Assembly: GCA_018221105.1 (NCBI GenBank) | Contig: JAAOYA010000008.1 | Location: forward strand, 64,648-128,647 | DNA: 64,000 bases | DNA from: Candidatus Woesearchaeota archaeon | Lineage (GTDB): Archaea > Nanobdellota > Nanobdellia > Woesearchaeales > JAAOYA01 | Direction of reading: 5' to 3' | In this document: piece after piece, positions 17,393-26,100 of the stretch | How the letters are laid out: every line of letters starts with the position of its first letter | Numbering within the stretch: position 1 is the stretch's first letter | Made by a program: the position numbers and the translations under genes | The notes under the pieces: model-generated | Seen by the model: the letters and a program-made list of their open reading frames with translations, nothing else | Database searches by the model: none | Told to the model about the DNA's origin: nothing

Positions 17393-17534
17393 AATGTAGA
17401 ACAATGAGTTCTTGTTTTTAAGTTTTTTGCCAAAAAAAACAAGGAAAACTATATAAATAAGCCTGCCTTTTCAGCTTACTAATAAGAATTCATTCCTAAA
17501 TTTAAAAACATTCTAAAGAAGTAACACGATTAAA

Positions 17535-18317
17535 ATGTATTATAAATTCGAAAAAGGAAAACAAAAAGCACTTATAGAGAAAGCTATTGAAAAAGCAGGT
17601 TCTGAAAGAAAATTAGCAGTTAAAATACAAATCCCTAAAGGTTCTTTATACGCTCTCAAGTTTGAAAAAACGAATTTATCAGAAAAGAACCTAAAAAAAC
17701 TCGTGCAATTTTTAGGCATAAAAAATAAAGAAGAACTGAACATTAGAGAAGTTCTCTCAACAAACTGGGGACAAATAAAAGGAGGGAAAAACTTAATCAA
17801 AAAGAAAAAAGATGAAGGCACCATGACTGAAACAATAGAAAAACTCAAAAAAGCCAGTTCGACAAGAATGACAAAATGGCATAAAAATATGAAAGAGAAT
17901 CATTTTGAAAAATATCATAAGTGGCAGTATGAACGTTTCAAAAAAATAGGAGGCGGTTACAAGTATAAATTAACTAACGGAACAAAAGTTAGAAACTTAT
18001 TAGAAAAAGAAGTCGGTGATTTTTTAATAAAACATTTTCCGAAAACAAATTATGAACCATACTTAAATATTGATGGAAAAGCTTATTTTCCAGACTTTTT
18101 ATACAGAAATGTGATAATAGAAGTTACAGAGTGGAAAAACCCATCAAAAGAAAAAATCAGTCAATTACAAAAAAAGCTTGTAGACTATCAAAAAAAAGGT
18201 TATACAGTTTGCTTTTTTATCCCCTATAAATACAGAAAGTTTTATAAAATAATTGAAAAATACCAAATATCTGCTCTACACAAACTAAAAGAATATATAA
18301 GTGCCTCTGTAGCTTAG
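17535..18317 (+). CDS. HTH plus PD-(D/E)XK (Vsr/DUF559-like) endonuclease, free-standing
   Basis: N-terminal HTH (GSERKLA..IQIPKGSL), C-terminal LEKEV...YEP...FPDF...IIEV; stop codon lies inside tRNA-Asn. Confidence 0.7.
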   Translation: MYYKFEKGKQKALIEKAIEKAGSERKLAVKIQIPKGSLYALKFEKTNLSEKNLKKLVQFLGIKNKEELNIREVLSTNWGQIKGGKNLIKKKKDEGTMTETIEKLKKASSTRMTKWHKNMKENHFEKYHKWQYERFKKIGGGYKYKLTNGTKVRNLLEKEVGDFLIKHFPKTNYEPYLNIDGKAYFPDFLYRNVIIEVTEWKNPSKEKISQLQKKLVDYQKKGYTVCFFIPYKYRKFYKIIEKYQISALHKLKEYISASVA

Positions 18318-18426
18318 ACATGTTTTGCAATTGTAAAACGTGGAGCAATAGGTAGAGCGTGCGGCTGTTAACCTCTTTTGAGGGATTGTAACCGCAAGGT
18401 CAGCAGTTCGAGTCTGCTCAGAGGCG
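18303..18426 (+). tRNA. tRNA-Asn(GTT) with two introns: 15/16 (18318-18348) and 37/38 (18371-18390)
   Basis: GCCTCTG/CAGAGGC acceptor, TGCGG-CT-GTT-A^A-CCGCA anticodon arm, GTTCGAGTC; removing both inserts gives a normal cloverleaf; BHB-like junctions. Confidence 0.9.
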
Positions 18427-18436
18427 CCTTTATTTT

Positions 18437-18532
18437 GGGCCCGTAGCTTAGTCCGGTGGAGCGCACGACTGATAACACAGTCTAACTGTGACTGAAATCG
18501 TGAGGTCCGGAGTTCAAATCTCCGCGGGCCCA
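18437..18532 (+). tRNA. tRNA-Ile(GAT) with canonical intron (18475-18496)
   Basis: GGGCCCG/CGGGCCC acceptor, CACGA-CT-GAT-A^A-TCGTG anticodon arm, intron hairpin CACAG/CTGTG. Confidence 0.93.
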
Positions 18533-18571
18533 TTCTAAAACCTTAAATAAAGTTATGATATCGTTTTTTTG

Positions 18572-20125
18572 ATGAAGGTAGAGCAAGTCACTAAAACTGG
18601 TTCTGTTGATTTAGCGCTTGACACCATTAAAATTGGCAAGCAAGCGTTAGTTTTTGTCAATACCAGGCGTAGCGCTGAAAAAGCAAGTGAGGACATTGCA
18701 AAACAAATAAAAAGTGATCAAACGCCTGAACTAGCAGATAAAGCATTGAAAGCTTTGACTAGTCCAACACGCCAATGCCGACGCTTAGCACTAGCTTTGA
18801 GAAAAGGTGTGGCATTTCACCATGCTGGCCTAACGAGTTCTCAGCGTGATTTAATAGAAGAAAACTTTCGAAGTGGCAAAATAAAGATTATTGCTGCAAC
18901 ACCAACACTAGCCTTCGGGCTAGATTTGCCAGCTTTTCGTACTATTATTCGCGACGTTAAACGTTTCGGCCAAACAAGTTGGGGTCTTAGCGATATTCCA
19001 GTGCTTGAATACCATCAAATGGCAGGTCGCGCCGGGCGGCCAGGCAAAGAAAAGTTTGGTGAAGCAATAATCGTGACAACAACACCTGAGGAAGAAGAAC
19101 GCGTCACAGAAAAATTCATTTTGGGTGACGCTGAAGAAATTTATTCCAAGCTAGCAGTAGAGCCAGCACTGCGAATTAGCCTATTATCACTTATTGCAAC
19201 ACAAATTATTAGGACAGAGCCTCACATTAAAGACTTTTACGAGAGAACATTTTGGGCACATCAGTTCAAAGACACAAAAAAACTTGAAAGCATTTTAGGC
19301 AAAGTTTTAGGATTGCTTTCAAAATGGGAATTCGTAAAAACAGAAAGCACAAGTCGTGATTTTGTTGACGCTAATGAGTTAACAGGGAAAACTGTTAATG
19401 CAACACTACTGGGAAGGCGCGTTTCACAACTTTACCTTGATCCCTTAACAGCACAATACTTAATTAATGGCTTATCAAGAGCTGACAAAAAAACCAAGAA
19501 CGTGTTTTCACTATTACAACTAATAAGTTGGACACTAGAAATGAGACCATTACTTCGCGCACGCCAAAAAGACATGCAATTAGTAACAGAGACAATAGTT
19601 GAAGAAGAAGAAAACTTATATTGCAAGCCTCCAACAATGTACGATTTTGAATACCAAGAATACTTAGATTCTGTAAAAACTACAATGTTTTTTAATGATT
19701 GGATAAACGAACAAGACGAAGAATACCTATTAGAAAATTATGACATAAGACCAGGAGAAGTAAGAAGCAAGATAGACACTGCTGATTGGATACTATACTC
19801 ACTAGAAGAAATTGCAAAACTACAAAAACAACACAATCAAGTAAGTGAAATAATTAAGCTACGATTACGACTAAAGCACGGCGCAAAAGAAGAACTACTA
19901 GCACTATTACAACTACGCAACATTGGACGCGTGAGAGCGCGAAAAATGTATTCAAACAACATCAAAACATTAAAAGATGTCAAAAAAGTCGCGCTACCAA
20001 CACTACAACAACTCTTAGGAAAACTAATAGCACTCGACATTAAAGAACAAGTAGGCGACAAAACAATTCCAGTAAAAACAAACAAGCGCAAAGGACAAAA
20101 AAACATCCAAGACTACAAAAAATGA
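18572..20125 (+). CDS. Hel308/Ski2-like helicase lacking the first RecA (Walker A/DExH) domain
   Basis: Begins near motif IV (ALVFVNTRR), FHHAGL, TPTLAFG.DLPA, QMAGRAGR, C-terminal HhH IGRVRAR; no GKT or DE.H. Confidence 0.88.
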   Translation: MKVEQVTKTGSVDLALDTIKIGKQALVFVNTRRSAEKASEDIAKQIKSDQTPELADKALKALTSPTRQCRRLALALRKGVAFHHAGLTSSQRDLIEENFRSGKIKIIAATPTLAFGLDLPAFRTIIRDVKRFGQTSWGLSDIPVLEYHQMAGRAGRPGKEKFGEAIIVTTTPEEEERVTEKFILGDAEEIYSKLAVEPALRISLLSLIATQIIRTEPHIKDFYERTFWAHQFKDTKKLESILGKVLGLLSKWEFVKTESTSRDFVDANELTGKTVNATLLGRRVSQLYLDPLTAQYLINGLSRADKKTKNVFSLLQLISWTLEMRPLLRARQKDMQLVTETIVEEEENLYCKPPTMYDFEYQEYLDSVKTTMFFNDWINEQDEEYLLENYDIRPGEVRSKIDTADWILYSLEEIAKLQKQHNQVSEIIKLRLRLKHGAKEELLALLQLRNIGRVRARKMYSNNIKTLKDVKKVALPTLQQLLGKLIALDIKEQVGDKTIPVKTNKRKGQKNIQDYKK

Positions 20126-20736
20126 AACAAGTAACTACAGATGATGGCTCAATAACACTTTATAGTGAAAAAATAGGCAGCACTTATCACTCTACAAGTG
20201 GAGCAGTAGAAGAAGCAATCAAAAAGTTTGTCGAGCCAGCAAAACTAGCAGAAGGAGTCAACATACTAGACTTTTGCTTCGGGCTAGGCTACAACAGTGC
20301 GGCAGCACTAGAGGTTGTCAAAAAATGTTCTATTATAGGATTAGAAAATGATTCTAAAATACTAAAAAAAATACAAGATTTAAACCCGCCATTCAAACAA
20401 TATAACATAATAAAAAAGGCAGCTCAAAAACTATTATACAAAGACGAAAATGTTTACATCAAAATAGTTGTTGGTGACGCACGCCAAACAATAAAATTAT
20501 TAGATGAACAATTTGACGCAGTATTCTTTGACCCTTTTGATCCAAAAAAACAACCAGAACTCTGGAGTGAAATAGTATTTAAAGATATTGCGCGCTTAAT
20601 GAAATCAGGCGGTGTGCTAACAACATACAGTTGTGCAAAATGGGTACGACAAAACATGCAAAAAGCAGGATTAAAAGTAGAAGACGGTCCAATAATAGGT
20701 CGCAGGGGACCATCAACTATAGCAGTAAAAGAATAA
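20122..20736 (+). CDS. MnmC/MnmD-like SAM-dependent tRNA methyltransferase
   Basis: T.DGS.TL.S...YHS..GA.EE, FGLGYN, FDPF.P.K.PELW, TTYS. Confidence 0.88.
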   Translation: MKQVTTDDGSITLYSEKIGSTYHSTSGAVEEAIKKFVEPAKLAEGVNILDFCFGLGYNSAAALEVVKKCSIIGLENDSKILKKIQDLNPPFKQYNIIKKAAQKLLYKDENVYIKIVVGDARQTIKLLDEQFDAVFFDPFDPKKQPELWSEIVFKDIARLMKSGGVLTTYSCAKWVRQNMQKAGLKVEDGPIIGRRGPSTIAVKE

Positions 20737-20768
20737 TTTAAAAATAGGCAAAAAAAACATTTTCTACA

Positions 20769-21623
20769 ATGGATTATAACAAAGTATACTTTCAAAAACC
20801 AGAAATTAAAAAATTAGTAAGTCAAGGTTACTCTTGCTATGACATGCACTTTCACACACAATACTCCGACACCAGAACAAAACTAAAATTAATTCTCAAA
20901 AAAGCAGCGCGCCAAAACACAGGACTAGCAATCACCGATCATAACGAAATTAAAGGAGCAGTACTAGCAGTTGGGAAAAAAACAGGTGTTCCAATAATAC
21001 CAGGAATGGAAGTGACTACGCGCGGCGGCTATCACATATTATTATACTTTTACGATGTCAACGAGCTCAAAGAATTCTACACAAAATACATACACCCAAA
21101 AAAAGGAAAAAATCCTAATTCAACAACCAATATTAGAACAGTAGAACTATTAGACTTAGCAAAAGCGTACAATTGCGTCACAGCAGCAGCACACCCACTA
21201 GGATTTGGACTCAACGGACTCTACAAAGCACTAAAAAAAGGAATGTTAGAACGAGAACTAACAACCAAAATAGACGCCCTAGAAGTCCTAAACAGTTCAC
21301 AACCAAAATTTTACAACAATCGCGCAATAGAACTAAACAAAAAATTACGCAAGCCAATGATTGGCGGCAGTGACGGCCACACAATAATGGAACTCAATAA
21401 CGCTTTAACTTGCACTGTAGCAAGCGATGTTGACCAATTCTTGCACAAAGTACTACGCAAGAAAGCTTTCATTGTTGGAAAAAGCGCTTCAGTATTCAAT
21501 CACGTGTTCCACCACTCAGAAAGCATAATGCAACACGCCAAATACCCAATAACAACTTTTAAGAATCAAAGCCGTATTTTCAAAAAGTTTATTAAAAAGC
21601 GCAAGATTCAACGCTCTAAATAA
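20769..21623 (+). CDS. PHP family metallophosphoesterase
   Basis: DMHFHT, ITDHN, G.E, AHP, GGSDGH. Confidence 0.9.
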   Translation: MDYNKVYFQKPEIKKLVSQGYSCYDMHFHTQYSDTRTKLKLILKKAARQNTGLAITDHNEIKGAVLAVGKKTGVPIIPGMEVTTRGGYHILLYFYDVNELKEFYTKYIHPKKGKNPNSTTNIRTVELLDLAKAYNCVTAAAHPLGFGLNGLYKALKKGMLERELTTKIDALEVLNSSQPKFYNNRAIELNKKLRKPMIGGSDGHTIMELNNALTCTVASDVDQFLHKVLRKKAFIVGKSASVFNHVFHHSESIMQHAKYPITTFKNQSRIFKKFIKKRKIQRSK

Positions 21624-21629
21624 CACCAC

Positions 21630-21730
21630 GTCCCCGTCGTCTAGTCGGATAGGACGCAGGCTTGCGGAAACAAAAAACAAGTTTTTGTTGCAATAAGCCT
21701 GTAACCGGGGTTCAAATCCTCGCGGGGACG
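21630..21730 (+). tRNA. tRNA-Arg(GCG) with canonical intron (21668-21695)
   Basis: GTCCCCG/CGGGGAC acceptor, CAGGC-TT-GCG-G^A-GCCTG anticodon arm, strict BHB (TTGC/GCAA; AACAAAAA/TTTTTGTT). Confidence 0.94.
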
Positions 21731-21779
21731 TCAGACTTTTTAGAAAAATATAAAAAGCAAGAAAAAAAGAATTAATTTA

Positions 21780-22244
21780 ATGAAAAAAATATTAATCATA
21801 ATTTCTATTCTGTTATTATCTTTGTTTATTGCTTGCAAACCTGAATTTTTACAAAATGACGTTGAAAAAGCAATGCGTAGCCCACTTCATAATCCTACAA
21901 GTTTAGAGCACTGTGAAGAAATAGATCTTAAAATGATACTAGATGATTATGTTAGTTACGCAGGTAGTGGATGTAAACATTTTAAAGAATTTGGTGATGA
22001 TGGACAACCACTTCAACTTCACCAAAACACTGCACCATTATACGCTTTTTACGAGAACAGAGAAGGATATCCTCCAATGCTTGTCGGAGACTTAGCAACG
22101 AGAAAACAAGAATATCAAGAAAGGTACGGATTCAGTGATGACGCACTATATTATGATGTTTGCAAGCGAGTTTTAAACGATAAAGTAATACAGCAAAAAG
22201 AACAGTGCATACAAAGAGTACAAAGTGGAACAACCAACTCTTAA
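21780..22244 (+). CDS. Hypothetical lipoprotein
   Basis: MKK-hydrophobic-IAC lipobox. Confidence 0.7.
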   Translation: MKKILIIISILLLSLFIACKPEFLQNDVEKAMRSPLHNPTSLEHCEEIDLKMILDDYVSYAGSGCKHFKEFGDDGQPLQLHQNTAPLYAFYENREGYPPMLVGDLATRKQEYQERYGFSDDALYYDVCKRVLNDKVIQQKEQCIQRVQSGTTNS

Positions 22245-22806
22245 TAAAAATTCAATTAAAAAAATTCTTTTTAATCTAATTCATAGTTTTGCATTATACT
22301 TGTTGTTTTTAATAACAGGAATGATTTTCTATTACCTTGGTAAGAAATTCTCTGCTATAAGTTATTCAATATTACCAAAAACTATTATTGCACTTATAGT
22401 TATTCCTTTTTTATACTCTTTATTTGTAAAAAAGAATATAAAAGAATGGCTTTTAATTGTTTTCTTGCTAGTTTTAATGTCATCAACAATATCTTTAAAC
22501 CTAATGAATTCTTATCAAGAAAAAATAGTTGAAACTAGAGCAAGAAACGAATCATTCATTATAAAAGAAAATGTTTTTGCTACAAATTCAGCTTCATTAA
22601 TAGTGTCAACAGCTTGTTATTCGTATAACGTTCGGTCAATAAACGCTGGACCTGATCAACTTGAAAACAAATGCTTTTTCTATAAAATGCACAAGAACAT
22701 CTCAATAGTGTTAAGTTCGATAGTATCCTTCTCATTAATAATTCTTTCAGTAATTTTAGGAAATTTTTTAAGATTTAGAAAAAAAGAACCAGGAATTGTA
22801 ACCTAA
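22225..22806 (+). CDS. Hypothetical four-TM membrane protein
   Basis: Hydrophobic helices; overlaps the upstream gene. Confidence 0.65.
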   Translation: MEQPTLNKNSIKKILFNLIHSFALYLLFLITGMIFYYLGKKFSAISYSILPKTIIALIVIPFLYSLFVKKNIKEWLLIVFLLVLMSSTISLNLMNSYQEKIVETRARNESFIIKENVFATNSASLIVSTACYSYNVRSINAGPDQLENKCFFYKMHKNISIVLSSIVSFSLIILSVILGNFLRFRKKEPGIVT

Positions 22807-22832
22807 ACAGTTGTCGTTCTCACGGTGACGTT

Positions 22833-23186
22833 TTAGATTATTCCTTTTCTTAGAAGGTAGAATGTTAATAGTCCTAGAAATAGTACTACTCCTAATGTTG
22901 TTAGTATGATTATTTGTAGTTTTTTTTGTTTGCTGTTAATATCCTTCCAGGTTTTGCGCTCCTTCCACTTGTCACGATTAGCAAGGCCTAATCCCATTAA
23001 CCCTAATCCCATAATCCAAAAAGCTGGGTTATCAGTTGCAATGCCTAGTGGTATCCAAGTTATACCAATGATGAAGAATGTGTAATAGTCAGGCTCTTTT
23101 TTCTCGCCCTTGGTTGCAAAATATGCAATAACGCCCAGTATAACAATCAATGCTAGTATTAATATCATAATCCATGGAATTGCCAT
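22833..23186 (-). CDS. Hypothetical membrane protein
   Basis: Four hydrophobic segments, PDYYTFF motif. Confidence 0.75.
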   Translation of the reverse strand: MAIPWIMILILALIVILGVIAYFATKGEKKEPDYYTFFIIGITWIPLGIATDNPAFWIMGLGLMGLGLANRDKWKERKTWKDINSKQKKLQIIILTTLGVVLFLGLLTFYLLRKGII

Positions 23187-23212
23187 AAAATTATTTTATG
23201 GAGAACTAGTAT

Positions 23213-24976
23213 TTATTTTTTTTGTCCGTAGTAAAGGTCTTCAACTGTTTCTAAGTTGCTGATGTCATCAAGGCCTCGGTCTTCACGAAGTCGCACGAGT
23301 CGTGGAAAACGCAAGGCGTAACTGCTTTTGTATGCTGGACTTTTTTGTATTTCTTCATATCGTACTTCAATAATGATTTTTGGTTTTACTGTTACAGTTT
23401 TGCCTTTTTCTTTAATTATCAAAGGCTTCAAAAGTTCTGTTAACTGCTCAAAAGTCACACCACCCTCTTGTTCTAGTTCTTTTATTCCTGTTCCGACTTT
23501 TCCAATGTTTAGTATGTTACCGTCTTCGTCTTGGCACGCGACGGCGAAACTTGTAAGCCAACCGCTGCGTTTTCCTTCGCCCCATTCTGCTCCAACTATT
23601 ACTAGGTCTAATTCGTCCATTGTTGGCTTTATTTTTACTCCATAACCCACTCTTGAGCCTGGCTTGTAAGGACTGCTCAAATTTTTGGCCATTATTCCTT
23701 CTTCACCTGATTTTAGTGCTTGCCCGTAGAATTCTTGTGCTGCTTTAACACTGTCGGTGATTAATTGTTTTGCACATATGATTTGTTTTGGTTGCTCGTC
23801 AATAATTTTTGCGATTATCGCACGTCGTTTTTTGAATTGTTCATCAAGCAGTGTTTTTCCATTATATTGTAATATATCAAAAACGTTTACTTCAACAGGC
23901 ATTTTATCGGCTAGTTCTTTAATGCCATACTTTCGTTTAATTCTTTGTGATACTTTTTGAAATGGTAAGTATTTTCCGCTTTTTTTGTCAAATCCTACTG
24001 CTTCAGCGTCAAGAACAAAACTGTCGCCACTGACATGTTTTTTTGTGTATTCTACTACTTCTGGAAATTGTTTTGTTACTTCTTCTAAACGGCGAGTGTA
24101 CAAACTAATTTTATTGTCAACTTTGTGTACTTGCAGTCTAAAACCGTCGTACTTGTACTCAAAAGCTGCTGGTTTGCCAACTCTCTCAAAAGCGTCTTTT
24201 ATGTCTTTGGCTTTTTGGTAAAGCATTACTTTAACAGGAATTTGTGGTTTTAACTCAATTTTTTGTAATCCTTCAAGTCCTTTAGTTGAAGCAATTTTTG
24301 CTACTGTTGCAAAATCATTAGTCAAGTCAATCGCTCGTTGTACAATATCAAGGTATTCATTATATTTTGTTCTGTCTTTGTCAGGTATTACTAATTCATT
24401 TTTTTCTTTGTCATAATGAATTTTTAGTTCTTTTGAGAAGTAAGCCCATAGTATTGCGTCGCGAATGCTTCCTTCACCTATGCCAGCGCGTAATTCTTCT
24501 AGTACTGTTCGCACGATGTAGCGTGCTTCTACTGGTTTTGCACTAGTTAAAAGCTGTGCTATTAATTTAATCTTCCTGTCAACTGTTCCAGCACCTTCTA
24601 AAGTTGATAGTTTTTGCAGGTTGTCAAAAACTTGTTTAATATCAAGCTCTTGTGAAAATAGTGTTGCTTGTGTTTTCTTGCCAGCTAAATTTTCTGCTAC
24701 TATTCCTAAATCGCCTGTTTTTTTCCACTCATCCTCGATTTTTTTCGCGTCAATGCCAGTGGCCACGTTTATTGCTTTCAAGACTAGTCGTGCTGCAACT
24801 CCGAGTTTTCTTTTGTCCCACGTGGCAAACACCCTGCCGCGTAATAATAGTAGAACTGTTGAGAGGTTTTGTGAAGGCGTGTTTTTTAGTAGAACTGACA
24901 AATATTTTGTTTTTTCTAATCGTTTTGTCGTGCTAGCTATTTCTTCGTAGACTTTAACAAGAGCTGAGTATTGCAT
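23213..24976 (-). CDS. lig: ATP-dependent DNA ligase
   Basis: EYKYDG, EGIMAK, DLVIVGAEWGEGKR, ALRFPR. Confidence 0.97.
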   Translation of the reverse strand: MQYSALVKVYEEIASTTKRLEKTKYLSVLLKNTPSQNLSTVLLLLRGRVFATWDKRKLGVAARLVLKAINVATGIDAKKIEDEWKKTGDLGIVAENLAGKKTQATLFSQELDIKQVFDNLQKLSTLEGAGTVDRKIKLIAQLLTSAKPVEARYIVRTVLEELRAGIGEGSIRDAILWAYFSKELKIHYDKEKNELVIPDKDRTKYNEYLDIVQRAIDLTNDFATVAKIASTKGLEGLQKIELKPQIPVKVMLYQKAKDIKDAFERVGKPAAFEYKYDGFRLQVHKVDNKISLYTRRLEEVTKQFPEVVEYTKKHVSGDSFVLDAEAVGFDKKSGKYLPFQKVSQRIKRKYGIKELADKMPVEVNVFDILQYNGKTLLDEQFKKRRAIIAKIIDEQPKQIICAKQLITDSVKAAQEFYGQALKSGEEGIMAKNLSSPYKPGSRVGYGVKIKPTMDELDLVIVGAEWGEGKRSGWLTSFAVACQDEDGNILNIGKVGTGIKELEQEGGVTFEQLTELLKPLIIKEKGKTVTVKPKIIIEVRYEEIQKSPAYKSSYALRFPRLVRLREDRGLDDISNLETVEDLYYGQKK

Positions 24977-25073
24977 AAGTTAGAACAGATTGGTTATTAT
25001 AAAAATGTTACTTTATTTTTTATGAATTAAAGATTTAAAAAAATTTATAAATTAGCTAATTACAAAATCCTAA

Positions 25074-25273
25074 ATGACGGATATGAAGTATCATCTTGTT
25101 AGAACTTTAGAAAGCGATCCTAAAAAAAAGATATTCTAATATTGGGTGTAAAGCCTCACCGAGTTGATGTTTTATATCATACTTTAGGTCGAGATCGTAG
25201 AGTACTTGTTGACGAAATACCAGAAGGTGATTTGGACAAAATCATAAATGCTTATGAGAGTTCTATAAAATAA
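25074..25273 (+). pseudogene. Small gene interrupted by a -1 shift at A8G (pseudogene, programmed frameshift or sequencing error)
   Basis: TATA at 25044-25051, ATG 25074; frame 0 stops at 25139; the -1 frame continues 47 codons to TAA 25273. Confidence 0.5.
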
Positions 25274-25888
25274 TTATTTTTTAAGAAGTTTTTTCCCTTT
25301 TTCTACTAAACGATTAATTTTAGGACTAAAATGTCCTATTAGGTCTTCTGGGTTTTCTAAGCGGTTGCCCCAGTTTTGCAAGTAACAAATTTGCTCTAAG
25401 CTTTTTTGCGGTGGAACTGGAACTTTTTCATCAGCGTAGCCCACAGTTATTACTGCTTGTGGTCGTACTTCTCCAATAATGCCAACAGCATCGCAGAGCA
25501 TGTTTTCTTCAAAAGCTCCAACCCAAGCAGTACCCAAATCTAGTGCTGAGGCCATAACTAAAATATTTTGTATTGCAGCTGCACAGTTTTGAATGCCATA
25601 CAATCGCTCACCGCGCAAACCATAAAAACGTTTTACATTGGCCATTTCAGCAACCACAACAATGTGTACTGGAGCATTGCTCATCCAAAATTGTTCAAGG
25701 CACGCTTCTGAAATTTTTTCTTTAATATCGTGATCTGTCACAACTATAAACTTCCAATTTTGCAAGTTACCAGAACTTGGAGCTGCTTGTGCTGCCTCGA
25801 GTAGCAACGCGATTTTTTCTTTTTCTACAGGCACCTCTAAATACTTGCGCACTGTTCGACGTTTTTTTATGATATCCAAAACTTCCAT
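25274..25888 (-). CDS. Nitroreductase family protein
   Basis: RRTVRKY, APSSGNLQNW, LGTAW, VGY; start refined to ATG 25888. Confidence 0.92.
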   Translation of the reverse strand: MEVLDIIKKRRTVRKYLEVPVEKEKIALLLEAAQAAPSSGNLQNWKFIVVTDHDIKEKISEACLEQFWMSNAPVHIVVVAEMANVKRFYGLRGERLYGIQNCAAAIQNILVMASALDLGTAWVGAFEENMLCDAVGIIGEVRPQAVITVGYADEKVPVPPQKSLEQICYLQNWGNRLENPEDLIGHFSPKINRLVEKGKKLLKK

Positions 25889-25991
25889 AGAAAAATTATA
25901 GAAAAGCTTGTTTAAAAAAGTTTGCAAAAGTCATGAAAATTAAAAATTTTCAGGATGCTCAAAAACAATTAAATGTTTTTGACAAAATGGG

Positions 25992-26066
25992 TGCCCTTGT
26001 CCGGGACATTGTCCCGGGCGCGGGCAGAACTCAAGTCTTTATATGTTGGGGGGGTGAACATGAGTT
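25992..26066. other. GC-rich double stem-loop downstream of ftsZ
   Basis: TGCCC..CCGGGAC-ATT-GTCCCGG..GGGCA followed by AACTCA/TGAGTT enclosing a G7 run. Confidence 0.5.
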
Positions 26067-26100
26067 ATTAAATAAGTCAAAAAAAAATTATGCGCTGCAC

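Noticed and set aside
18285-18533. 82-aa minus-strand ORF
   Set aside because: Antisense shadow of tRNA-Asn and tRNA-Ile
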